In this document: piece by piece, positions 56,080 to 64,000 of the stretch
Numbering within the stretch: position 1 is the stretch's first letter
How the letters are laid out: each line of letters starts with the position of its first letter
Virus record (IMG/VR): IMGVR_UViG_3300042673_001280
Length of the DNA: 64,000 nucleotides
Strand: one strand, 5' to 3'
Source of the DNA: a virus
Taxonomy: Duplodnaviria; Heunggongvirae; Uroviricota; Caudoviricetes
Notes under the pieces: model-generated
Seen by the model: the letters and a program-made list of their open reading frames with translations, nothing else
The model's database searches: none
Told to the model about the DNA's origin: nothing
Made by a program: the position numbers and the translations under genes

Positions 56080-57943
56080 TTATGCTGTATTCCTACCAGC
56101 AACGTCGGGTTTTTACTCAACGTTTGTCGGAAAACAACGTTACGGCAATTATGTTGAACCTTCACGTATTCCTGCATCATTTAAAGCAGGCGTAGAAGGT
56201 CTTAATTACTTAGAACCAGAAAAAGGTGAATTTTATTACAGATGGTGTTTGTATTCAGCAGGGCATGCAAACTTAGACTTGACTAAGCCTGACGAAAGCG
56301 AAGACATGTTTCGTAATAGAGATAGAAGCACTAGTTGGGTATTAGGTGACTCGGGCGGTTTCCAGATTGGTAAAGGCGTATGGGAAGGCGAATGGAGAGA
56401 TCCTAACAGTGCAATAGTACAAACAACCATGGCTGATTGCATTGCTAAAGGTATTGAAACTGTTCCTGTACTTGACTCAACAGGAAACCCAGTAGTTAAC
56501 AAAAAAGGTGTTCCTAAAACTACTAAAATTGATCACGTTAAACTATATCAAGCTCGGTTAGATGCTGCTCAAAAGAAAAGAGAGCAAGTATTAGCATGGA
56601 TGGATACGTTAATGGATTACGGAATGGTACTTGATATTCCGGCATGGGTCGAACGAAGTCCTGCAGGTAAACTTGCAACTGGTATTACAAGTTATGACGA
56701 AGCAGTTGATGCTACAATTTATAACAATGAATACTTTATGAAACACCGCAATGGTAACTGTAAATTCTTAAACGTATTACAAGGTGAAACCCATACACAA
56801 GCTGACGATTGGTATAGTAAGATGAAAGACTTTTGTGATCCTGCTATATATCCAGATACACACTTTAACGGGTGGTCAATGGGTGGTCAAAATATGTGTG
56901 ATGCCGAACTAGTACTTAAACGTGTAGTAACATTAAAATTTGACAACTTGTTACAAGAAGGCAAACATGATTGGATGCATTTCTTAGGAACCAGTAAATT
57001 AGAATGGGCATGCTTTTTAACTGATGTACAACGTGCAGTGCGTAAATATGTTAATCCAAAATTTACTATTAGTTATGATTGTGCTAGTCCGTTTTTAGCT
57101 ACTGCAAATGGACAGGTGTATATTACTACTGAATTAGACGATAGATCTAAATGGGTATATCGAATGGTGCCAAGCGTTGACGATAAAAAATATGCACAGG
57201 ATTCTAGACTATTTAAAGATGCAGTAATACAAGATGGTATTTTTAGTGTGTTTGATCCAAGTCCATTAATTGATCAAGTAGCAATTAAAGACGTGTGTAT
57301 ATACGGTCACGGTGTTCCTAATTGGACAGAAGTTAATAACGATAATGTTGATCATGCTAACCTATTTACAGATCCAAAATATTTAAATGATCCTAAATAC
57401 TGGATAACATTAGGCGATGCAAATAAAATTAACAAGATTGGTAAAACTAGTTGGGATAGTTTTAGCTATGCTATTTTAATGGGGCATAATGTGTGGAGTC
57501 ACGTTAATGCTGTACAAAAAGCAAATGAAGCTTACGACAACGGTATAATTCCTCGAATGTTAATAGGCGAAAAAACTCAACCGTATGTTGTTAGAGATAT
57601 TATTGACCGGATTATTGCGTGTGATGATAGAACCGTTGCTATTAAGATGATTGAAGATCTTGAAAAGATATGGATGGCTATTCCGGGCACTAGAGGTAAC
57701 ACTGGCAAAAACATAGTTAACAACGAAACTACTACTACTACTAATTATGTAGCCGAATCAATTATTACAGAAAAAGTTGAAAAAATTAGAAAAGTGTTAT
57801 TAACAGATCTTACATCACAAGTTAACAACTTATTTGATTTTGATGACAATATTACAGAAGAAGTAGAATCCGATGACTATGAGTTTTCTGAAGAAGACGA
57901 ACTTACCTTATCTAACCTAGAAGATAGCATTAAACATGAATAG
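56048..57943 (+). CDS. dpdA: tRNA-guanine-transglycosylase-family DNA 7-deazaguanine transglycosylase (DpdA-like) with a ~240-aa acidic C-terminal extension
   Basis: LGDSGGFQIG aligns with the TGT catalytic-Asp block (TDSGGFQ). YDCASPFLATANGQVY aligns with the second catalytic block (MFDCVLPTR.ARNG). No CxCxxC...H zinc site, as is usual for phage DpdA. Confidence 0.7.
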   Translation: MNRNLTATQNDYAVFLPATSGFYSTFVGKQRYGNYVEPSRIPASFKAGVEGLNYLEPEKGEFYYRWCLYSAGHANLDLTKPDESEDMFRNRDRSTSWVLGDSGGFQIGKGVWEGEWRDPNSAIVQTTMADCIAKGIETVPVLDSTGNPVVNKKGVPKTTKIDHVKLYQARLDAAQKKREQVLAWMDTLMDYGMVLDIPAWVERSPAGKLATGITSYDEAVDATIYNNEYFMKHRNGNCKFLNVLQGETHTQADDWYSKMKDFCDPAIYPDTHFNGWSMGGQNMCDAELVLKRVVTLKFDNLLQEGKHDWMHFLGTSKLEWACFLTDVQRAVRKYVNPKFTISYDCASPFLATANGQVYITTELDDRSKWVYRMVPSVDDKKYAQDSRLFKDAVIQDGIFSVFDPSPLIDQVAIKDVCIYGHGVPNWTEVNNDNVDHANLFTDPKYLNDPKYWITLGDANKINKIGKTSWDSFSYAILMGHNVWSHVNAVQKANEAYDNGIIPRMLIGEKTQPYVVRDIIDRIIACDDRTVAIKMIEDLEKIWMAIPGTRGNTGKNIVNNETTTTTNYVAESIITEKVEKIRKVLLTDLTSQVNNLFDFDDNITEEVESDDYEFSEEDELTLSNLEDSIKHE

Positions 57944-58460
57944 ACAGTATAATAACATAACTACTAACACTGCTAAGTTTTTTGTTGGCAACGAAGTAGA
58001 ACACACACCAGCATATAGTTTAAAAACATTGTTTGTTGTTGGCGCGCAAACTACAGAAGCAATCCATTATCGGTTAGATGCTGAAGAAGATATTACACAT
58101 ATCTTCTTTGGTGCAAACCATAGTTTTAATCCAAATACACCAGGTGCATGGCTCAATTGGAATAACATTATCGAGCACTTTTTAAAATTAGGCAAACAGT
58201 GTTCATTAGATATTCCATTTACAGTAGTAAACGATTTTAATAATAAAACTAATTTATGTTCATATGCAAATTTTATTCCTCAAATTAGAATTCCGGTTGC
58301 AAATATTAAAGATTGGAGTTATAATACAATGATAAAATTAGATGACATAGATTTTAACGCAACTAATCCCGGGGTGTGGACACATAACTTAAAAGCATTG
58401 CAAAATGACGATGTGTTTACTAGCTGGACTGACTATAACAACGACAATATAATTAAATGA
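57936..58460 (+). CDS. hypothetical protein (possible Rossmann-like fold)
   Basis: KTLFVVGAQ ... IFFGANHSF pattern. ATGAATAG overlap with the dpdA stop. Confidence 0.3.
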   Translation: MNRQYNNITTNTAKFFVGNEVEHTPAYSLKTLFVVGAQTTEAIHYRLDAEEDITHIFFGANHSFNPNTPGAWLNWNNIIEHFLKLGKQCSLDIPFTVVNDFNNKTNLCSYANFIPQIRIPVANIKDWSYNTMIKLDDIDFNATNPGVWTHNLKALQNDDVFTSWTDYNNDNIIK

Positions 58461-58816
58461 CAGATACACAAATGATATGGGTTTCTTTTAAGAAAGAAGG
58501 AATTCACCATTACCCTGATGCATTAACTAACCCTAACTTAATAGATGTATCTTTTTTAGGACATCCACATAGACATATATTTCATTTTAAAGTATGGATA
58601 GAAGTTACGCATTCTGACAGAGACATTGAGTTTATACAATTTAAACGATGGTTAGAATCATTGTATATTAGTTCAACATTATCATTAGATAACAAAAGTT
58701 GTGAAATGATAAGTAATGATTTATCATTAACAATTAGAAATGAATACCCTAATAGGGCAATTTGGATTGAAGTTTCTGAAGACGGCGAAAACGGATCATT
58801 TATTAAGTATTTGTAA
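58457..58816 (+). CDS. hypothetical His-rich small protein (LGHPHRHIFHF)
   Basis: ORF only. Weak resemblance to T-fold metal-site motifs. Confidence 0.3.
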   Translation: MTDTQMIWVSFKKEGIHHYPDALTNPNLIDVSFLGHPHRHIFHFKVWIEVTHSDRDIEFIQFKRWLESLYISSTLSLDNKSCEMISNDLSLTIRNEYPNRAIWIEVSEDGENGSFIKYL

Positions 58817-58817
58817 T

Positions 58818-59030
58818 ATGAAACATTTTGTCTCAAAAGCTATGCTTGAACAACAGATTAATCGGTTACGCCAAGAGATATCAGACTTTGAAATCCAACA
58901 TATGAAATCAGTTAACCCTAAACTTAAAAACGTATTACACATTAAACAATTAAGAAATCAACTGTACGATTTGAAGGAACAACTGCTAATTCGTACTAAA
59001 CAAACTATATTAAAAAACGGAAGAAAATAA
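58818..59030 (+). CDS. small coiled-coil protein
   Basis: The ATG directly after the upstream stop is the likely start (ORF track gives 58740, overlapping the previous gene). Confidence 0.35.
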   Translation: MKHFVSKAMLEQQINRLRQEISDFEIQHMKSVNPKLKNVLHIKQLRNQLYDLKEQLLIRTKQTILKNGRK

Positions 59031-59031
59031 A

Positions 59032-59286
59032 ATGGCTAAAAATTACAAAACATTCTCATACTTAGAATCACGTCCAGATGTTGTTAAAATCTTTGAAGAT
59101 TTAGAAGCATTCCATGACTTTTGCAGAATTGAGTTACGTAAATTTGATCCAGCAGATTTATATCGTAAAGATAGTAAATCATACGGTGCTTACATTGCTA
59201 GTAAACGCCCTCGTAAACCATATCAAGGTAATAAACCTTGGCCAAACGGTGTTAGACCCAAAAACACATATCAAAAAAAATCTTAA
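59032..59286 (+). CDS. small basic protein
   Basis: ORF only. Confidence 0.35.
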   Translation: MAKNYKTFSYLESRPDVVKIFEDLEAFHDFCRIELRKFDPADLYRKDSKSYGAYIASKRPRKPYQGNKPWPNGVRPKNTYQKKS

Positions 59287-59300
59287 TCTTATTTTTAACT

Positions 59301-59320
59301 GAAAGCCCTACGGGGCTTTC
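59301..59320 (+). other. GC-rich 8-bp stem-loop (gaaagccc-tacg-gggctttc) without a U-tract
   Basis: Perfect complementarity. Intergenic, between the dpdA operon and the glycosyltransferase gene. Confidence 0.5.
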
Positions 59321-59335
59321 ACCGCAGGACATATT

Positions 59336-60433
59336 ATGAAATTAAAACCTACTATTTGGATATTTGCTATTGAACCATTAGATACTCGATATACTAAACA
59401 ATGGATCGAGCATATTCCATCACAACTTAAAGAACACGTTGGTGATTACAACATTGTACAAATTACTGGTGATCAACAAGACTCAGAAGTAACACCGGGT
59501 GCATTTTTAAACTTTATAGATACTAACATTTGGAAAGGATCACAGCTTGTTGGTTTTTTAAAAAACTATAATAAATCTTCAACTAATGATCATTTCTTAT
59601 TTACAGATGCATGGAATCCGGCAATTATAAACTTAAAGTACATTAAAGACTTAATGAGATTAAATTGGACATTTCACGGGTTGTGGCACGCAGGTAGTTA
59701 TGATAAACACGACTTTCTAGGTGCTATTGATCACGGGTGGGTTAAACTAGCTGAAAAGAGTTATTATGCAGCATTTGATCATAATTACTTTGCAACTGAA
59801 TTCCACGTGCGTATGTTTATGGAACAATTATTAAACAACGGAATGACTAGTGAAAATCCGTGGTTTGAAGAAGATTGGGATGAACGTTACGACGATGGTA
59901 AAATTGTACGCACTGGTTGGCCAATGGAATACTTAGCAGACGAACTAGCGCCGTATGCTAATAAAGAGAAACGTGATTTAATTGTATTTCCACATAGAGT
60001 TGCTAGCGAAAAACAAGTTGATATTTTTAAAGCATTAGCTCATCAATTACCACAATACGACTTTGTTGTATGTCAAGAACAAAAGCTAAGTAAAGATGAA
60101 TATCACAACCTGTTAAGCGAAGCAAAGATCGTGTTTAGTGCTAACTTACAAGAAACATTAGGCATTAGTTGTTATGAAGGTGCGTTACTTGGTGCTATTC
60201 CAATGGTTCCTGATAGATTAAGTTATAAAGAAATGTATATGTATCATTTTAAATATCCATCAGAATGGACTGCTAGTTATGCAGACTACGAATCACACAG
60301 TTATGATTTGTGTAACAAAATTATCCATTACATAGAAAACTATAATGATATTGTACCATATGTTAAACAACAAGCCGATTACTTAGCACTGGAATTTTTT
60401 AATGCAGGAGATTTATATGACAAGTTTAAATGA
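59336..60433 (+). CDS. GT-B-fold glycosyltransferase-like protein
   Basis: C-terminal FPHRVASEKQVDIF ... IVFSANLQETLGISCYEGALLGAIPMVPD resembles the E-x7-E retaining-GT motif region. Confidence 0.4.
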   Translation: MKLKPTIWIFAIEPLDTRYTKQWIEHIPSQLKEHVGDYNIVQITGDQQDSEVTPGAFLNFIDTNIWKGSQLVGFLKNYNKSSTNDHFLFTDAWNPAIINLKYIKDLMRLNWTFHGLWHAGSYDKHDFLGAIDHGWVKLAEKSYYAAFDHNYFATEFHVRMFMEQLLNNGMTSENPWFEEDWDERYDDGKIVRTGWPMEYLADELAPYANKEKRDLIVFPHRVASEKQVDIFKALAHQLPQYDFVVCQEQKLSKDEYHNLLSEAKIVFSANLQETLGISCYEGALLGAIPMVPDRLSYKEMYMYHFKYPSEWTASYADYESHSYDLCNKIIHYIENYNDIVPYVKQQADYLALEFFNAGDLYDKFK

Positions 60434-60836
60434 TACAATAACAACATCATCTGGGTGTGATACAATTACATTTAATATGGATGGAGATCCAACACGTTAC
60501 AGTATACCAGCTTTTGATACTATTACACTTAGTGACTATGTATCTAGTTCAACTGCTAGCGGAATATACAATGGAACAATGCATGGTACTGCTCCGTACA
60601 CAATTAGTAATTCTTCTACTATTGGAATTAATGGGGGGTCATCTTATTACACCGGCACTGGTGGTTATTGGAATCAATCATATAACGGTAAACCATTTGA
60701 AGATAACTTTCCAGAATGGAATGCATTTAGAGAGTTGTGTGATGAATATCCAGGATTAGAAAGAGCATATCAAAACTTAAAAACTTTTTATACTATGTGC
60801 CATGCAGATAGTTTATTACCAAAGGACGATAAATGA
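60402..60836 (+). CDS. Ser/Thr/Gly-rich hypothetical protein
   Basis: ORF overlapping the end of the GT gene. Start uncertain. Confidence 0.3.
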   Translation: MQEIYMTSLNDTITTSSGCDTITFNMDGDPTRYSIPAFDTITLSDYVSSSTASGIYNGTMHGTAPYTISNSSTIGINGGSSYYTGTGGYWNQSYNGKPFEDNFPEWNAFRELCDEYPGLERAYQNLKTFYTMCHADSLLPKDDK

Positions 60837-61363
60837 AAGTAGTAAAATACAGTTGGAAACAATTAGAAGGCGCAGCATTGGAGATTGCACGTCAAATACA
60901 AAAAGATAACTGGAAACCAGATTACATTGTTGGAATTACACGCGGTGGACTTATTCCTGCAAACTTACTTAGTCAGTATCTTGGAGTTAAGATGTTAACA
61001 TTACACGTTAGTTTACGTGATCATCCGGATGATAACGAACACAATGCATGGATGGCATGTGATGCATTTGGAATTACTGATGACGAACTAGCAAGTACCG
61101 GACAAGCTAAAAACATCTTAATTGTTGATGACATAAATGACTCAGGTGCAACCCTTGATTGGATTAAAGAAGATTGGAAATCATTGTGTTTACCAAATGA
61201 CATAAGATGGAAACACGATGTATGGCATAAGAATGTAAGATTTGCTACAATATTTGATAATAGTGCTAGTAATGCACATGTTGATTATTGTGCAGAAGAA
61301 TTTGATAACCGAGACGATCCAATTTGGATTGACTTTCCATGGGAAAACTACTGGAAGAAATAA
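60833..61363 (+). CDS. type-I phosphoribosyltransferase (purine/HGPRT-like)
   Basis: PRPP-binding motif ILIVDDINDSGATL. ~175-aa size. Confidence 0.7.
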   Translation: MKVVKYSWKQLEGAALEIARQIQKDNWKPDYIVGITRGGLIPANLLSQYLGVKMLTLHVSLRDHPDDNEHNAWMACDAFGITDDELASTGQAKNILIVDDINDSGATLDWIKEDWKSLCLPNDIRWKHDVWHKNVRFATIFDNSASNAHVDYCAEEFDNRDDPIWIDFPWENYWKK

Positions 61364-61695
61364 TGGAACTACATTCAATAGCTAAGAAACACGGTATACG
61401 AAGCATAGACGTTGAACAATTTTATGCTGCAGGTGATAACTATTCGTTAGATTGGTCAAGATCAAACCTACCAAGCGAAAGAGCAAACGTTACACGGTCA
61501 TTAACTGTTAAAATACACGAGAACGATTTTATAAAGTTAATTGACAAAGCTGAAAAGTGTGAAGACTGGAATAAAAAATATTATGAAGATATGTATGTTA
61601 GAGATTCTAATCCAACTGTAAAAGCAGCATACGAAAAATATCAAATGTTTTTAGAAATAGCAAGATCGGAAGTACACAATGACAGACTTAACTAA
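61339..61695 (+). CDS. hypothetical protein
   Basis: ORF only. Confidence 0.35.
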   Translation: MGKLLEEIMELHSIAKKHGIRSIDVEQFYAAGDNYSLDWSRSNLPSERANVTRSLTVKIHENDFIKLIDKAEKCEDWNKKYYEDMYVRDSNPTVKAAYEKYQMFLEIARSEVHNDRLN

Positions 61696-61839
61696 AGAAG
61701 AACTACAAGAAAAGATTTTACAAGTAAAACGTGATATTTCTAAACATAGCGATTCAAGTAATCCACGTATATTATTAGGCCTTCAAGAATATGTAAATTA
61801 TTTAGAAGACGAATTAAAAACATTGACAAATAAACAGTA
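61678..61839 (+). CDS. candidate 53-aa coiled-coil micro-protein (MTDLTKEELQEKILQVKRDISKH ...)
   Basis: GGAAG SD 6 nt before the ATG. Fills an otherwise empty 180-bp gap. Its 3' end carries the -35 of the folE promoter. Confidence 0.3.
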
Positions 61840-61851
61840 GTGTTGTATAAT
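61823..61851 (+). promoter_or_regulatory. consensus sigma70 promoter (TTGACA-17-TATAAT) for folE
   Basis: Exact hexamers 27 nt upstream of the folE ATG. Confidence 0.65.
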
Positions 61852-61877
61852 ACACACTTACAACTAGGAAATTATAT

Positions 61878-62549
61878 ATGAGCTTTAATAAAACAAAAAC
61901 CGATTCAGAATTAGGTTTAGAAATACACAATCATTTAGTAAGTTTAGGAGTAGAAACTCCGGTAACTGAAAAAATATTAACATCATCAGAAAAGATTAAT
62001 ATCATTCAGGACAAGTTTTATGATATTATGGTAACTTTAGGTTTAGACTTAACAGATGACAGTTTAGCAGACACTCCTAAACGTGTTGCAAAAATGTTTG
62101 TCAACGAAATATTTTGGGGTCTTGATTATGATGCGTTTCCCAAATGTACTACTATTCAAAATAAGATGGGATACAATGAAATGTTAATTGAACGCAACAT
62201 TAACGTACAAAGTAACTGCGAACATCACTTTGTAGTAATTGACGGGTTTGCAACAGTAGGTTACATTCCAAAAGATGTTGTACTTGGATTAAGCAAAATT
62301 AATCGCGTAGTTGAATACTTTGCAAAACGTCCACAAGTACAAGAAAGATTAACAGAACAAGTATTCCATGCACTGGAATACATTTTAGATACTGATAATA
62401 TTGCAGTAGTAATTGATGCAAAACACTATTGTGTTGCTGCAAGAGGTGTAGAAGATACAGGTAGCACTACTATTACTAGTAAGTTAGGTGGTGCATTTAA
62501 AAACGATCCAACTACTCGTGCAGAATTTATGAGTATTGTAAACAAATAA
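61878..62549 (+). CDS. folE: GTP cyclohydrolase I
   Basis: CEHH, GLSKINRVVEYFAKRPQVQERLTEQ blocks conserved with bacterial FolE. Confidence 0.9.
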   Translation: MSFNKTKTDSELGLEIHNHLVSLGVETPVTEKILTSSEKINIIQDKFYDIMVTLGLDLTDDSLADTPKRVAKMFVNEIFWGLDYDAFPKCTTIQNKMGYNEMLIERNINVQSNCEHHFVVIDGFATVGYIPKDVVLGLSKINRVVEYFAKRPQVQERLTEQVFHALEYILDTDNIAVVIDAKHYCVAARGVEDTGSTTITSKLGGAFKNDPTTRAEFMSIVNK

Positions 62550-62557
62550 GGAGAGTT

Positions 62558-63010
62558 ATGAAAGACTTAAAACCACAAATTCCAGCAGTAGGCATTATGA
62601 AAACAAGTGACTGGGGTAACAGTAAAATGTATAAAATTCAATGCACATGCGGCAACGACGATGACAATATTGAGTTTATGATTGAGGCAGATGATCTTAA
62701 TATGATTACTGTAACTACATTTACAACACAAAAAACTGCGTACTGGGATAGACCATTTGATGTTTCGAACACATACAAAATTAAAAATTCGTTTTTAAGC
62801 AGTATTGCATACGAAACATTGAGCTTTCTTAACGGGTTTCAGCATCGTATTAAAATGACATGGAATTTGTGGTTTAATGGTTATCTTAAATATCAGCAAT
62901 CAACTATAATGACTGAACAACAGACATTAAACTATGCAGAAACATTGAAGGCTGCAGTTAATGATTGCAAAGATTTTCGTAAACAAGATAGGGCAACTAA
63001 TCTTAAATGA
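62558..63010 (+). CDS. hypothetical protein with a CxC pair (CTCGNDDD)
   Basis: ORF only. Confidence 0.35.
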   Translation: MKDLKPQIPAVGIMKTSDWGNSKMYKIQCTCGNDDDNIEFMIEADDLNMITVTTFTTQKTAYWDRPFDVSNTYKIKNSFLSSIAYETLSFLNGFQHRIKMTWNLWFNGYLKYQQSTIMTEQQTLNYAETLKAAVNDCKDFRKQDRATNLK

Positions 63011-63031
63011 GGTAGTTTTAAACCCTTAACA

Positions 63032-63039
63032 TATAAATA
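63032..63039 (+). promoter_or_regulatory. T4-type late promoter TATAAATA in front of the homing-endonuclease-like gene
   Basis: Exact octamer 17 nt upstream of the ATG at 63057. Confidence 0.45.
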
Positions 63040-63056
63040 AGTGTAGAGGAACTATT

Positions 63057-63707
63057 ATGAACTACTTAATGATTAAAAAATGTATGAATACCGGACTTAA
63101 ATATCTGTGTAAAACAAGCGGTAACAAAAATCCTTATTTATATACCGGATCCGGAGTTAGATGGTTGCACCATATTAAGAAACACAAATCACATATTATA
63201 ACTTGTATAATAGGTGAATATAATACTAAAGAAGAATTGCAAGAAGCAGGTCTGCATTATTCTAAATTATATAATGTAGTAAAAGATTACACCTGGGCAA
63301 ATTTAACAGAAGAAAAAGGCGACGGTGGATTAATAGGTAACGGACAATTAGGTAAAACTTGGAAAATTAAAGATACATCTAATATGAATAAACCAAAAAC
63401 TAAAACAGATGCTTGGTATGAAGGTAAAAAAAAGACTGCTGGTAAAAACAACTATCAATTTAAAGGTCAAATAAAGACCCCATGGGGTCTTTTTGATACA
63501 GGTTTAGATGCTATTACAGAAGGCAAACGATTAAGAGAATTAGGAAATACAGAAGTAATTACAGATGGCAATACTTTAAGAAAGTATTTACATTCGTTAG
63601 ATACTGTGTTAAACTTACAAGGCAGGCGAACTCCAAAAACTTGGAGAGGTAAAACGCCAAGAGAAATAGGTTTTGAAATAATAAAGGATACAGATGTCAA
63701 AAATTAA
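63057..63707 (+). CDS. GIY-YIG-type homing-endonuclease-like protein (Seg-like)
   Basis: N-terminal YLMIKKCMNTGLKYLCKTSGN ... RWLHHIKKH fits the GIY-10/11-YIG ... R ... H catalytic module. Basic Lys-rich C-terminal DNA-binding-like half. Inserted between folE and queE. Confidence 0.4.
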   Translation: MNYLMIKKCMNTGLKYLCKTSGNKNPYLYTGSGVRWLHHIKKHKSHIITCIIGEYNTKEELQEAGLHYSKLYNVVKDYTWANLTEEKGDGGLIGNGQLGKTWKIKDTSNMNKPKTKTDAWYEGKKKTAGKNNYQFKGQIKTPWGLFDTGLDAITEGKRLRELGNTEVITDGNTLRKYLHSLDTVLNLQGRRTPKTWRGKTPREIGFEIIKDTDVKN

Positions 63708-64000
63708 GATATCAGAAATATTTTACTCTCTACAAGGAGAGGGTAGATTTATGGGAGTGCCAAGTGTGTTCCTTAGAACGTTTGGGTGCAATTTTTCTTG
63801 TAGAGGGTTTGGAATGCCAGCAGGTGAACTAAGTGTACAAGCAGATGCGATTGCTAATAATGGTATACAATATCATTCATATGATGAACTACCATTAGTA
63901 ACTACTGGCTGTGACAGTTATGCAAGTTGGCATCCAAAGTTTAAACATCTAAGTCCAGCGATGTCAATAGACGAAGTTGCAGCTAAAATGATTGAGCTGT
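63694..64000 (+). CDS. queE: 7-carboxy-7-deazaguanine synthase (radical-SAM QueE), 5' part. The gene runs off the window.
   Basis: EIFYSLQGEGRFMGVPSVFLRTFGCNFSC aligns with the QueE N-terminus (F.TLQGEG ... GVP..F.R..GC...C). Not in the ORF track because no stop occurs inside the window. Confidence 0.7.
   Translation, partial: MSKIKISEIFYSLQGEGRFMGVPSVFLRTFGCNFSCRGFGMPAGELSVQADAIANNGIQYHSYDELPLVTTGCDSYASWHPKFKHLSPAMSIDEVAAKMIEL

Noticed and set aside
56048-57943. Alternative call of the TGT-like protein as a tRNA-modifying queuine/archaeosine transglycosylase
   Set aside because: No zinc-binding CxCxxC...H subdomain. Phage context with queD, queE and folE. Operon behind an early promoter. 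The DNA-targeting DpdA interpretation is favoured.
63694-64000. Possibility that queE lacks the radical-SAM cysteine triad (only CNFSC seen, not CxxxCxxC)
   Set aside because: The N-terminal QueE signature is otherwise strong. Some QueE subfamilies use displaced third cysteines, and the gene is truncated by the window edge. Kept as queE with moderate confidence.

Overview
This window reads as a contiguous segment of a large, AT-rich (roughly 35-40 % GC by eye), virulent tailed-phage genome with T4-like organisation. No integrase, repressor, rRNA, tRNA or CRISPR array is visible. Genes are densely packed, and many stop and start codons overlap.

Transcription signals fall into two classes. At least six perfect host-type sigma70 promoters (TTGACA-17-TATAAT) sit in front of replication and DNA-modification genes: DNA ligase, clamp loader, the J-domain protein, the DNA polymerase operon, the dpdA operon and folE. 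The T4 late-promoter octamer TATAAATA sits in front of structural and other late genes. Several bidirectional rho-independent terminators are also clear.

Recognisable functions:
- Replication and nucleotide metabolism: ATP-dependent DNA ligase, family-B DNA polymerase, RFC-like clamp-loader subunit, MazG-like NTP pyrophosphatase, dCMP deaminase, PhoH, a type-I phosphoribosyltransferase.
- Chaperones: a GroES-like (T4 gp31-type) co-chaperonin, a J-domain protein and a full ClpA-type double AAA+ unfoldase.
- Lysis: GH19 endolysin, an overlapped i-/o-spanin pair, extra lipoproteins.
- Virion genes: an inverted (minus-strand) block with two giant fibre-like proteins (3835 aa and 2014 aa). The 2014-aa fibre has a ~12x FN3-like array with a recent 590-bp tandem duplication, and its C-terminal receptor-binding tip is built from poly-glycine runs.

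The most interesting content is a dispersed 7-deazaguanine DNA-modification system: FolE, QueD, a 5'-partial QueE and a TGT-family DpdA DNA transglycosylase carrying a long C-terminal extension. It is embedded among unusual accessory enzymes (a GT-B glycosyltransferase, the phosphoribosyltransferase, a GIY-YIG homing endonuclease), and QueC does not appear in the window. Separately, a carbamoyltransferase::dCMP-deaminase operon suggests a second, possibly undescribed, nucleobase modification.
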